Source of the DNA: an uncultured Planctomycetaceae bacterium
GTDB taxonomy: Bacteria > Planctomycetota > Planctomycetia > Pirellulales > PALSA-1355
Assembly (NCBI GenBank): GCA_963785305.1
Contig: CAWAUV010000007.1
Span: forward strand, 1,408,001 to 1,472,000
DNA length: 64,000 bases
Direction: 5' to 3'
Below are positions 12,957 through 25,846 of this stretch, one piece after another. The translations under genes and the position numbers were made by a program. Numbering within the stretch: the stretch's first letter is position 1; every line of letters starts with the position of its first letter. A model generated the notes under the pieces. It was not told the origin of the DNA, did no database searches, and saw nothing but the letters and a program-made list of their open reading frames with translations.

Positions 12957-13824
12957 ATGTACTCGTTTTCGATTCTCCAGTGGCTGCAAGACTGCGAAGA
13001 CCCACCGGCCACCCCCGAGCGTTTAGAAGCACTGGAAATCGAACTGGGCGTCCAATTTCCCAAGGAGTATTTCGACTTCCTCTTGCAGTTCAACGGCGGG
13101 AATTTCAAACGTCCGGTGATGGGCTGTGTGCCCAATCCCGTGCCGCCGTTTTTATACGAGTTCATATTAACTGGATTTTTTGGTGTCCCAGGCGACCGCA
13201 GCACGGGTAACTCCTTGGCGGATTGGGCTCGCGGTTTTTCGGGGCGCATTCCCGACGATTGCTTAGCGATTGCGTCTTACGGTGGAATCCGAACTCGTGT
13301 TGCTGCAAGTTTCGGGGGCCTTGTCCGAACGCGGCAGTGTATGGTACCGCGGAGAATCCAGGGAACCTGGAGGCGACAACATCCACTGGCTCGCCGATGC
13401 GTTCCCCGATTTCCTGACGATGATCGAACCCGACACCGAAATGGGATACAGCGAGTCCGAAGTCCTCCCGCTATTTTTGTCCGTCGAACGAGGCCGGCTG
13501 CGGGACGTTGAGCAGTTCTTGGCCCAGGGGGGCGACATCGAAACTAGCAACGCCAAGGGCATGACCTTGCTCGCGGCCTCCGCCCGGTACTCTTGGCCCA
13601 AAATCGTGAGCCTGCTTTTGGCTCGCGGCGCCGACCCAAATGCTCGCGACTTGGCCGGCAAAACACCCCTGCATCACGCCGCCGCGGCTTCCTACGACAA
13701 TATAAAGCTGTTGCTCGCCGCCGGCGCCGACGCCACGGCCCGCGATCGCGAAGGCGCGAGCGTCCTGGCCGGCTGGTCCTACCGCGCCGATAAAATGCTG
13801 CGGGCCCACGGCGCGACGGAATAG
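12957..13824 (+). CDS. SMI1/KNR4 (SUKH) domain fused to ankyrin repeats, frameshift near 13285
   Basis: LEALEIELGVQFPKEYFDFLLQFNGG (SMI1), WLADAFPDFL, then ankyrin motifs GADPNARDLAGKTPLH. Confidence 0.85.
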
Positions 13825-14095
13825 CTTTTAATTCGACTTTCGCGAAGAGAGCAAGGCGACAAGGCGTTTTCGGGCGAAAGGGTCGGAAAGGGTGAGGCGG
13901 AAACCTGTTTATACCCCGTGGCGGAGGTTCGTCACGCTGGAGATGCCTCGAAATGACGGCTCGCGCCTTTCGACAGGGGCGTCAATTTCATAAGCTGTTG
14001 CTTGGCATGATTTTGGCTTGGTCCCCCGCGGATCGGCCGTTGCCGGGGCCAAGCCGGCGACCAAACGCAACCATCTTCCCTGCCACGCCACCCAA

Positions 14096-14831
14096 ATGAG
14101 CCATGTCGTGAAAAACGCGGCCAAATCAACCGTCGATGAAATTCGAGCTCGGTTCGATGCCGACGTCGAACGGTTCGCGAATCTCGAGACGGGGCAATCG
14201 GCCACGATCGATTCGCCGCTAGCGCTCGAGCTCGTGGCCGCCGCCGCGGCCGCCGCTTCGCCCGGGGCGCGACACATCGTCGATGTCGGTTGCGGGGCCG
14301 GCAACTATGCTCTCAAACTGCTCGAGCGGCTGCCCGACCGCGATGTCACGCTGATCGATCTCAGTCGGCCGATGCTCGACCGAGCCCGACAGCGGATATC
14401 GGCCGCCACGCGTGGCGTCGTCACGACGCTCCAAGGCGATATTCGCGAACTGGAACTCGGCCAGGAGTCGGCCGATGTGATCGTCGCCGCGGCGACACTC
14501 CATCACTTGCGAACCGACGAGGAGTGGGGCTCCGTGTTCGCCGCGTTTCATCGCGCTCTGCGGCCGGGCGGCTCGCTTTGGATTTTCGATCTCGTGGCGA
14601 GCGATTGGCCCGCCGTGGGCGGTCTCTTGTGGCAGCGCTACGGCGACTACTTGGTGGAACTCAAAGACGCCGCTTATCGCGACACCGTATTCGCTTATAT
14701 CGAGCGCGAAGACACGCCACGATCGCTCGTGTATCAGCTCGATCGGATGCGCGAGGCCGGCTTCGACCCGGTGGAAGTGCTGCATAAACGTCTGGCGTTC
14801 GCCGCGTTTGGCGGGCGACAAAGCCGGCTAA
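14096..14831 (+). CDS. class I SAM-dependent methyltransferase
   Basis: VDVGCGAG, LIDLSRPML and ATLHHL motifs. The true stop is probably about 14831; the ORF-track read-through into ettA looks like an indel artefact. Confidence 0.85.
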
Positions 14832-14908
14832 CCGGCTATCGAACAACGCCGGCTCGTTCGTTCGTAAAGGCCGGCGGCGCCAAGACGTATTGGGGTAGCC
14901 TTCTTTTT

Positions 14909-16585
<1,677 letters not shown>

Positions 16586-16847
16586 GGGCGGAAGGATTCC
16601 GTGGCTAGACGACACACAATGGAGGGAGGCGCCGCGGATCCGCCGCCGGCAGCCTGAATCCATCGATTATCGCGACCCGCCCGGCCGACGACAACCGCAA
16701 CTGGCTCAAAGTCGCATTTGGAATTCGCCGCCTGCCATCGCCGCCCCACGAGCACCGGCGAGCCGGCCGGCGGCGATTGACCGGGACGGACCCGCTGGTA
16801 GCATGGTCGCGGACAAGGAGGGTTCTTTCCAAGGACCGTTGATTCTC

Positions 16848-17810
16848 ATGGCATTCGATGCAAGCGAATTTCTTCCGACCGGCCTGCCCTCCCTCGAGCA
16901 TGCGCAGACCGCCCTTCCGGCGATCGCCAAAGACGCTCAAATGATGGCGTTGATCGACGAGCAGGTGCGGCGCCTGCCGACGCGACACCAAATCGTCGTT
17001 GGCGACGCGCGTAAGATGGACCTGACGCCCGGCAGCGTCCACTTGGTGCTCACAAGCCCGCCTTATTGGACACTCAAGCAATATCGGCCGGGCGACGGTC
17101 AATTGGGCCACGTGGTCGATTATGCGGAGTTCCTGGGCGAACTCGACCGTGTTTGGGCTCGCTGCTTCGACGCGCTCGCGCCCGGGGGCCGGTTGGTGTG
17201 CGTCGTGGGCGACGTCTGCCTGAGCCGCCGAAAAAACGAGGGGCGACATACCGTCGTGCCGTTGCATGCCGCGATCCAAGAGCAATGCCGGGCTCGAGGC
17301 TATGACAACCTTGCTCCGATCATTTGGCACAAAATCGCGAACGCGGTTTACGAGGCCAACGGCTCCGGCGGCGGTTTTCTCGGCAAGCCTTACGAACCCA
17401 ACGCCGTGATCAAGAACGATATCGAATTTATCCTGATGCAGTGCCGGCCGGGCGGATATCGGAGTCCTGATCTCGCGACGCGAGTGCTCAGCGTAATCAG
17501 CGACGCCAACCACAAGTCGTGGTTCCAGCAAATTTGGACCGGCGTCACGGGAGCGTCGACGCGCAATCACCCGGCGCCCTATCCGCTCGAGCTCGCCGAA
17601 CGCCTCGTGCGCATGTTCAGCTTCGTCGGCGACACAGTGCTCGACCCATTTCTGGGAACGGGCACCACGATGGCCGCCGCCATGAATTATGGGCGAAATT
17701 CGATCGGCTACGAAATCGACGGCGCTTATGCGAATCTCGCCCGCAAACGAGTCCACGCCACGAAAAGCATCCTCACGAATGCGGAAATCACAATCGATGC
17801 ACGACATTGA
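16848..17810 (+). CDS. site-specific DNA methyltransferase, beta class (N4-C/N6-A)
   Basis: TSPPYW catalytic motif precedes VLDPFLGTGTT (SAM binding); HPAPYPLEL. Confidence 0.92.
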   Translation: MAFDASEFLPTGLPSLEHAQTALPAIAKDAQMMALIDEQVRRLPTRHQIVVGDARKMDLTPGSVHLVLTSPPYWTLKQYRPGDGQLGHVVDYAEFLGELDRVWARCFDALAPGGRLVCVVGDVCLSRRKNEGRHTVVPLHAAIQEQCRARGYDNLAPIIWHKIANAVYEANGSGGGFLGKPYEPNAVIKNDIEFILMQCRPGGYRSPDLATRVLSVISDANHKSWFQQIWTGVTGASTRNHPAPYPLELAERLVRMFSFVGDTVLDPFLGTGTTMAAAMNYGRNSIGYEIDGAYANLARKRVHATKSILTNAEITIDARH

Positions 17811-18537
17811 CATCGATGGCGAGGTCAGCCAAGCCATCAAATTGTTCTGGACCACTCGCGATAAACAGGGCAAGGCGCAAGGCCGAAAAACCGGCGCCAA
17901 AGATGCCGGGCTTCGCGCGGCTGTGACCGGCGGACGCCATTTGGACGGGTTCTCCACGATTTGTCGCAAGCTCTGTAAGGCCGCGGGCGTGCCCGAAGCC
18001 CACGTCTATTGGAAAAAGAGCACGAAAGAATTGCCGGGCTACTTTTGCGCCGAGAAGGACTGGGATTTGGTGGTTGTCGCCAGGGGCAAGCTCCTGGCCG
18101 TGATTGAATTCAAGGCGCAAGTCGGACCAAGCTTCGGAAACAATATGAATAATCGTGCCGAGGAGGCAATCGGCAGCGCGACCGATCTTTGGGCCGCTTA
18201 TCGCGAAGGCGCTTTTCAACCCAGCGATCGCCCTTGGCTGGGCTACGTGTTTCTTCTGGAGGATTGTCCCGCGTCGAACGCGCCGGTCCGAGTCCGCGAG
18301 CGACACTTCCCCGTATTCGCGGAGTTTCAGGGCGCGAGTTATGCCAAGCGATATGAGATTCTACTGACAAAGCTGCGTCGCGAACGACTCTACGATGGCA
18401 CGGCGCTACTGCTCACCAAACGTACGGCCGGCCGCAAGGGAACCTTTACAACACCGAATCGCGAATTGAGTTTGCACAGCTTTGCCGCCGGCCTTTCCGC
18501 GCATGTCGCAGCCCACGCGAAATATGCGAAAGATTGA
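17797..18537 (+). CDS. PaeR7I/XhoI-family type II restriction endonuclease
   Basis: AVTGGRHLDGF, LPGYF..KDWDLVV, EFKAQVGPSFGNN.NNRAEEAIGSA.D and AYREGAF; overlaps the MTase end by 14 nt. Confidence 0.88.
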   Translation: MHDIDIDGEVSQAIKLFWTTRDKQGKAQGRKTGAKDAGLRAAVTGGRHLDGFSTICRKLCKAAGVPEAHVYWKKSTKELPGYFCAEKDWDLVVVARGKLLAVIEFKAQVGPSFGNNMNNRAEEAIGSATDLWAAYREGAFQPSDRPWLGYVFLLEDCPASNAPVRVRERHFPVFAEFQGASYAKRYEILLTKLRRERLYDGTALLLTKRTAGRKGTFTTPNRELSLHSFAAGLSAHVAAHAKYAKD

Positions 18538-18639
18538 AAGACCGCGGGCCGCTGACCGCGGCCGTCGCAAGTCGCGACGAAGGTCGCAATGGGCAACCCG
18601 CGAGCTGGCGACGAAAACCAGGGGCGAATTGGCGAGATA

Positions 18640-21600
18640 TTATGGCATGCTCTGGGACTTGGGGCGTTTTTTTCGATCGCCGAGCCACATGATCGTGTAG
18701 TAGAAGATCGGCGTCAGCAGGATGCCGAACGCGGTCACTCCCAGCATGCCGGTGAACACGGCGGTTCCCAGCGAGCGGCGCATTTCGGCGCCGGCGCCGT
18801 GGCCTAGCATCAGCGGGAGCACGCCGAAAATAAACGCGAACGATGTCATCACGATCGGCCTCAGCCGCAATCGGCACGATTCCACGATCGCCTCGCGGAG
18901 CGGCTTACCCTCGCCGCGCAGTTGCTCGGCGAACTCGACGATCAGAATCGCATTCTTCGCCGCCATGACCCACCAGCACCAAGAATCCGATCTGCACGAA
19001 AATATCCACCGGCAAATGCATCAGCAGCATGCCGCAGGTGGCGCAGAGCAGACACATCGGCGCCACCAAAATCACGGAGAGCGGCAGCCGCCAGCTTTCG
19101 TATTTCGCCGCCAGCACCAAATAGACCAGGATCGTGCCCAAGACAAACGCGAACAGCGCCGCGTTGCCCGAGCGAAGCTCCATGAACGTGATCTCGCTCC
19201 ATTCGAAGGGAATTCCCAGGCGATCGGCCGTGGCGTCGATGGATTTGATGATCTCGCTCGAACTGGCCGTGGGATTGGGAATGCCGTTGATGCCGGCCGA
19301 GAGATACATGTTGTAGCGGCTGATGATCGCCGGGCCGCCCTTGTCGCGCACATCGACCAGCGTGCCCAGCGGAATCATTTCGCCTTGTTTGTTGCGCACC
19401 ATGAGTTGCTTGAGGCTGTCGACCTCGCGGCGATAGTTGGGCTCGGCCAAGAGGTTTACTTGCCAGGTGCGGCCGAACTTGTTGAACAAGTTGACATAGG
19501 CCCCGCCCATGTAGACTTGCAGCGTGTTGAACACATCGCTCACATCCACGTCGAGCGATTCGCACTTCGCCCGATCGACATCCACGAACAGTTGCGGAGT
19601 CTCGGCCCGATACATCGAAAACAACGCGGCGATGCGCGGGTCCTTGCGCACTTCCTCGACGAGCTCATCGGTCGAGCGCTGCAATTCCACGGGATCGACG
19701 AAGCCATGTTGCTCGACCTGAATCTTAAAGCCGCCGGCGTTGCCGAGGCCCATGATCGGCGGGGCGCGAAACGGCATGACCACCGCTTCATCAACCTCTG
19801 CGGCGCAAAGCCGCATGATCTGCCCGGCGATCGCGGCGTCGTATTCGGCCGGTGAAGTCCGCTCCTCGAACGGGCGCGAGAATAATGAACACCGTGCCGT
19901 AGTTCGAGCCGTTGGCGCCCATGACGAACGACTGCCCCGCCACGCTCACGGTATGCGAAACGCCCGGAATGCCGGCATATCGCGGCTGGCCGTCGGCCGG
20001 CGGCGGGCCGTGGTATTTACGCGAATCATCGCCCAAGGCCAGCCGCTCGATCTTGCGAATCACGGCCGCGGTGCGCTGCACCGAGGCCGAGTCGGGCAAT
20101 TGCACATTGACCAGCAGATAGCCTTGGTCTTGCTGCGGAATGAAGCCGGTGGGCGCATGGCGCATCGTCCAATAGGTGCAACCCAGCAGCACGCCATAAA
20201 CCGCCAGAATCAAGGCCGACACGCGCACCATTCGCGCGACGCCGCGGCCATAGAAATTGGCGATCGCGTCGAACACGCGGTTGAAGCCGCGAAAGAAAAA
20301 GCCGAGCGTCGCGTTCACCGGTCGAATAATGACCCAGCCCACGGCCGCGCCGGCCGCGAGCCCCGGCAGCGCCAAAACGGTCGACGCCAGATAACCGCCC
20401 AGGCGACCGGCCGCCGCGGGATCGACCTCGAGCCAGGCGAGCAGCGGGTCGCCGAAGCGCGGCGTCAGGAACCGGTTGGAGAAATACGCGCCCAAACAGG
20501 CGAAGAACCACCACGGCAGGGCCTCGCGATGATGCTCGTGACCGGCGTCGCGCTGAAAGATCGTCACCGCGCGGGCCGGCGTGAGCGTCATCGCGTTGAT
20601 GGCCGAGATCACCATCGCCGCCGAGATCGTGAGGGCGAATTGGCGAAAGAATTGCCCGTTGATGCCCGGCAAAAACGCCGCCGGCACGAACACCGAGCAC
20701 AACACCAGCGTGATCGCCACGATCGGCCCGGTGATCTCGCCCATGGCCTTGATCGTGGCGGCGCGGGCATCGAGCCCGGTGGCGATCAGGCGTTCGATGT
20801 TTTCAAGCACCACGATCGCGTCGTCGACCACGATGCCGATCGCGAGCACCAGGCCGAAGAGCGTGAGACTATTCAAACTAAAGATAAACGCCGGCACATG
20901 CGCGGCGGCCCCGAACATGGTGGCCGCGGCCATCACCGCAAGCGTGCCCACGAGCGACACCGGCACATCGATCATCGGCAGGATCATCGCCCGCCAGTCT
21001 TGCAAGAAGAGCAGCACCACGATCGCCACCAAGATCACGGCGTCGCGCAGGGTGTTGAACACTTCGTCGACCGATTGATGGATAAAGGGCGTGGTGTCGT
21101 AGACGATGCGATATTCGATGCCCTTGGGAAATTGCCGCTTGAGCTCCTCCATCCGCCGTTTGACGCGATCGGCCGTTTCGAGCGCGTTGGAGCCCGGCAA
21201 TTGAAAAATGGCCAGCCCGGTGCTTGATTGGCCGTCCATCGTCACCCGTTGGTCGTATTGCTGGGCGCCCAGTTCGACGCGGGCCACGTCGCGCAGCCGC
21301 ACCACTTGGGTCGAGGTCGTGCCCTCGCTGCTCGGCGCCCGATCGGTCTTGACGATGATATTGCCGAACTGGCCCGGCTCCTCCAACCGGCCGAGCGTGG
21401 TCATGGTCAATTGAAATTCTTGTCCCTCGGGGGCCGGCTGACGGCCGATCTGCCCAGCCGCCACTTGCACATTTTGCTTTTGCACCGCGCTCACGATATC
21501 GCCCGTCGTGAGGTTGCGAGCCGCCATGCGGCTCGGATCGAGCCACACGCGCATACTGTAATCCCGCTGGCCGAAGATCATCGCGTCGCCCACTCCGGGC

Positions 21601-22109
21601 AGCCGGGCCAATTCGTCCTTGATGTGAATCGTGGTGTAGTTGCTCACGAAAATGTCGTCGTAGCGACCATCGGGTGAATAAAGATTGACCACCAGCAAAA
21701 TGCTCGGCGATTTCTTCGTGGTTTGCACACCCTGCACCTGCACCTCGGGCGGCAACTGGGGCATGGCCAACTGCACCCGATTCTGCACGAGCACCTGGGC
21801 CACGTTGAGATCGACTCCCAGATCGAATGTCACGGTGAGCGTGTAGGCGCCGTCGTTGGTGCATTGCGACGACATATAGAGCATGCCCTCGACGCCGTTG
21901 ACCTGTTGCTCGATCGGCGCGGCCACGGAATCGCCCACCACGGCGGCATTGGCGCCCGGATAGGTGGCGCTCACTTGCACCGTGGGCGGAGTGATGTCGG
22001 GATAGAGGGCGATCGGCAACATCCCACACGCCACCGCGCCGATGAGCGTGATGACGATTGAAATCACCCAGGCAAAGATCGGACGATCGACAAAGAAGCG
22101 AGCGAGCAC
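18640..22109 (-). CDS. HAE1-type RND efflux permease, frameshifts near 19875 and 18970
   Basis: FFVDRPIFAWVI, GIVVDDAIVVLEN, AKNAILIVEFA and RLRPIVMTS motifs. Confidence 0.93.
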
Positions 22110-22615
22110 GACGACTCCTTAAAACCCACATCCGAACCGCGCACATCCGTGAGGGCGACTTCCCTCGCCCCCAGGAGCGGACTCATTCTGACCGGATTGT
22201 ATTGGATTGCTTGTTGCCGGCCGATAGCATGTCCGCGGTGGGGTTCGATAACAAGCCTCAAAGTCTACCCGCATTCGCCGCAAACCCAAAGGCGGCCGAA
22301 GGCGAAGCTCTTGGAAGAACGGGCTCTCGGGCGCGGCGCTCGGAAACGGACGTACCGGTTTCTCTGTTCCGGCGGCGCGTCCATCGCCCGCTGCCGCCCG
22401 CGTCATGCCGACGATCGGCAAATCCGCTTCCCGCCGCATGCGCGGAACTCTTGGGCGCCTTCTTGAAGCTTGGCTCGCGATTCCGATTCGTCGGCTCTCC
22501 TCCCGGCGCCCGCCCCGGCCTGTTTCCCGAGCTAGTATTTCCAGGGACATTACAACCACCCATTATGGCGTCGTTTGACGGGGCATTCATTTTCTTCCCA
22601 ACAGGGCGAAGTCCA

Positions 22616-24259
22616 ATGGCGCGGGAGCCGGCAAGTTCCACGACGAGCACCGCGGCGGCGCCCGGGTCGGCGCTTGCCGCGCAGTCGGGCGGCGAGGCCG
22701 ACTCGGCCGACCGCGCCTGGGAGCTCGTGCTCCGCCGGTTGCCAGCGCTGGTCTGGACGACCGACGCGTCGCTCAGGGTCACTTCGGCCGGTGGACCCGC
22801 CGTGGGCGAATGGATGGCCCCGGCTGGTGGCATGCTCGGTCGCTCGGTCGCCGAATGCTGGGCCAGCTCGCGCGACGCCGAGGCCACGGAGCGCGCCCAT
22901 CTCGCGGCGCTCGAGGGCCGCGCCTCGACGCTCGAACAAGTCGTGAATCGGCGCGTGTATCGCCTATATCTCGAACCGCTCGCCCAGTCCGGCGCCGCGC
23001 CTCGCGGTTGCCTGGGAATGGCGATCGATATTACGCCCCGCAAGCAAACCGAGGAGTGGCTTCAGCGATCCGCGGCCGCGCCCCCGGAATCGAGCGGCGG
23101 CTACCTGCCCGGCGTGCGCCAGCGGCTGCAAAACGAAGTGGAAGATCGCCGCGCGACCGAAGATTCGCTCCGCGCGAGCTTGGGACCATTTATCGAGCTC
23201 GCCACGAGCAGCGACGCCGCGTTTTGGATTTACGATCTCGGCGAAGCGCGGGTTCTGTATTTGAGCCCGGCCTATGAGCGGATTTGGGGTGTCTCCGCCG
23301 AGCACGCGCTGCGGGCGCCGGGCCACGCGATCTGGCGCGGGGCGCACGAAGACGACGCCCATCGCCTGGTGGACATGAATCTCGCGCAGCGGCAAGGGCT
23401 GCCGATTCACCAAGAGTTTCGCATTCGCCGACCCGACGGAGCGACGCGTTGGATCTTGGCTCGCGCGTTTCCGATCTTCGACTCCGAAGGTCGGCCGCAG
23501 CGCATGGCCGGCATCGCCGAGGACATTACTCCGCGCAAGCACGAAGAAGAACAACATCGGCGCCGCGAGCGATTGACCACCCTGGGGAATTTCTGCGCGG
23601 GAATCGCCCATGAGATCAACAATCCGCTGGGGGCGGCGCTGGTGAGTGTGCAAACCGCGGCGCGGCTCGCGCCGCCTGAAGCCCATCCGCGAGTGGCCGA
23701 GTGTCTGGAAGTCGCGCTCTCCAGCGTGCGGAGGTGCTCGGCGATCGTGAAGAGTCTGCTGCGCTTCTGCCGCGAGGAGCCGGCCTCGAAGGAACCGATC
23801 GACTTGAGCGCGGCGGTGACGCTGGCCGAATCGCTCACTCGGGCCTATGCCGCCGACCAAGGCTGCCGGCTCGAAACCTCGCCGAGCGCTGGGCCGCTGT
23901 GGGTCGAGGGAAATCAAATCGAACTCGAAATCGTGCTCGTGAACTTGCTGCGCAACGCGGTCGAAGCGGGCGCTACCCGAGTCACGTTGGAAACCCGCGA
24001 ATCGGCAAACGACGCCAAGATCGCCGTCGATGACAATGGCCGCGGGATTCGCGAGGCCGACCTCGAACGGTTGTGCGATCCGTTTTTCACGACGCGGCGC
24101 TCGCGCGGCGGCGCCGGGCTGGGCTTGAGCATCGTGCATTCGATCGTCGAGGACCACGGCGGCCGGCTCGACTTTCTGCCGAATTCCGCGGGCGGCACGA
24201 CCGCCTCGATCACGCTCCCGCGATTCCAAAAGGAACCTGTTTATCATGCGCAGTCTTAG
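22616..24259 (+). CDS. cytoplasmic PAS/PAC sensor histidine kinase
   Basis: Two PAS domains (YLSPAYERIWG, DITPRK), GIAHEINNPL, NLLRNAVEA and GAGLGL. Confidence 0.92.
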   Translation: MAREPASSTTSTAAAPGSALAAQSGGEADSADRAWELVLRRLPALVWTTDASLRVTSAGGPAVGEWMAPAGGMLGRSVAECWASSRDAEATERAHLAALEGRASTLEQVVNRRVYRLYLEPLAQSGAAPRGCLGMAIDITPRKQTEEWLQRSAAAPPESSGGYLPGVRQRLQNEVEDRRATEDSLRASLGPFIELATSSDAAFWIYDLGEARVLYLSPAYERIWGVSAEHALRAPGHAIWRGAHEDDAHRLVDMNLAQRQGLPIHQEFRIRRPDGATRWILARAFPIFDSEGRPQRMAGIAEDITPRKHEEEQHRRRERLTTLGNFCAGIAHEINNPLGAALVSVQTAARLAPPEAHPRVAECLEVALSSVRRCSAIVKSLLRFCREEPASKEPIDLSAAVTLAESLTRAYAADQGCRLETSPSAGPLWVEGNQIELEIVLVNLLRNAVEAGATRVTLETRESANDAKIAVDDNGRGIREADLERLCDPFFTTRRSRGGAGLGLSIVHSIVEDHGGRLDFLPNSAGGTTASITLPRFQKEPVYHAQS

Positions 24260-24951
24260 AGAACCCGAAACCACGGCGGGCGCGCCGAGCCGCGCTCGGC
24301 AGCTCGCGCGCCGAAGAGTCCGCCGCCCTTGCCGCCGCCGTGGACACTTCTTCCGCGCTTGCCGAGCCAGGTCGCTGCGTGCATGTGATCGACGACGATT
24401 CCGACTTTCGTCAGGGAGTGCGGCTCTTGCTCGCCAGCGCCGGGCTCGCGGTGGAAGTGTATCTCTCGGCCGAACATTTTCTCTCGACCTACCGAGCGCG
24501 CGAGATCGAGTGCGCGCTGGTCGACCTGCGCATGCCCGGCCTCACGGGCATCGAGCTGCAAGCCGCCCTGGCGACGCGCCATGTGTCGATGCCGCTGATC
24601 GTGATCTCGGGCTTCGCCGAAACGCCTTCCGTCGTGCGGGCGATGCAATCCGGCGCGCTCGATTTCCTCGAAAAACCGATCGAAGCCGACGCGCTCCTGG
24701 AGCGAATAGAAGCAGCGCTCGAAGCCGATGTGCGCCGCAAACAGCAGTATGCGAATCGGGTCCGCTCGCTGGCCCGGCTGAGCAACCGGGAACACGAAGT
24801 GCTCGATCTGCTCGTCGACGCGCGCACGACGATCGAAGTGGCGCACCGCTTGGCGATCAGCCCGAAGACGGTGGAAAAGCACCGGCTGAAGATCTTCGAA
24901 AAACTAAACGTCGACAGCGTGCCGGCCCTGATTCGCTTCGTGTTGGGTTGA
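24246..24951 (+). CDS. FixJ/LuxR-family response regulator, N-terminal frameshift
   Basis: VIDDD, DLRMPG and LSNREHEVL...ISPKTVEKHR motifs. Confidence 0.9.
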
Positions 24952-25019
24952 ACCGGCCGCCGGCGAGCCGGGCTCGCGCATTGTTTCGCCGCCGAGGCTC
25001 GACGCGGAGGAACCTCGCG

Positions 25020-25829
25020 TCAGTTCAGGGGGCCGGTGGCCGTCGCTGGCGATCGATCTTCGATGCGAGCGAGTCCTCGGAGCTGGGGCAGTTCATGGAA
25101 CAGCGCTTGGTCGCGCCGTAGCGGCATGTCTCCGGAATTGACCCAACGCACCACGCCGCCGCGATCGACGATGAAAATCGCATGGAGACGACGCGGTCCG
25201 ACAGTGCGACGAATTTCCGCGATCTTGCGATCGGCCGCGTTGTCCCGCGGCGTTTCCTTCAGCAATCCATAGGCCCGCGCCACGCGATTTTCGGGGTCCG
25301 AGAGCAGCGGGAATCCCAAGGCGCCTTGCTCGAACCGGCGCCTCGTCGCCTCGGGAGCGTCGGAACTGATGGCAACCACCTGGGCGTCGAGCTCGCGGAA
25401 CCGTGGCAGATCCGCATTGATCTCGTGAAGCTGCCGAACGCACGACGCGCAGCCCGAGCCCTGGTAGAACACCAAGACAGCGGATCGACCGTCGAGCAAT
25501 TCACGCCGGCTCCGTGCTTTGCCGCTGGTGTCGGAAAGCTCGAAATCAGGCGCCGGCCGGCCCAAGAGCGGATGGTCATGCGTGGGAACGGGATCGGAAT
25601 GCGTCGGAGCCTGCGTATCCGCGCTAACAAAGGCGCCAACATCCGCCTTGATGCAACAGGCGGCCGGCGTCGCGGAGCCGTATACAATCGTCGCGGGGCC
25701 AGGCTCGCGTGAAAGAACCTTCATCGCCACCAGCAGTCCGAGCCCGATGGCGAGCGGAGTCAACACGAAGGCCGCGCGGAAAACAGGCGCGGGGAGCTTG
25801 CGCTCGGGCGGCTCTTTCTCATCGGACAT
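25020..25829 (-). CDS. membrane-anchored AhpC/TSA (peroxiredoxin-like) protein with CxxC
   Basis: AAGGAGG RBS then MSDEKE, a TM helix, GRPAPDFEL, VFYQGSGCASC, LLSDP and FIVDRGGVVRW. Confidence 0.85.
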   Translation of the reverse strand: MSDEKEPPERKLPAPVFRAAFVLTPLAIGLGLLVAMKVLSREPGPATIVYGSATPAACCIKADVGAFVSADTQAPTHSDPVPTHDHPLLGRPAPDFELSDTSGKARSRRELLDGRSAVLVFYQGSGCASCVRQLHEINADLPRFRELDAQVVAISSDAPEATRRRFEQGALGFPLLSDPENRVARAYGLLKETPRDNAADRKIAEIRRTVGPRRLHAIFIVDRGGVVRWVNSGDMPLRRDQALFHELPQLRGLARIEDRSPATATGPLN

Positions 25830-25846
25830 TGACGCCTCCTTCGTCG

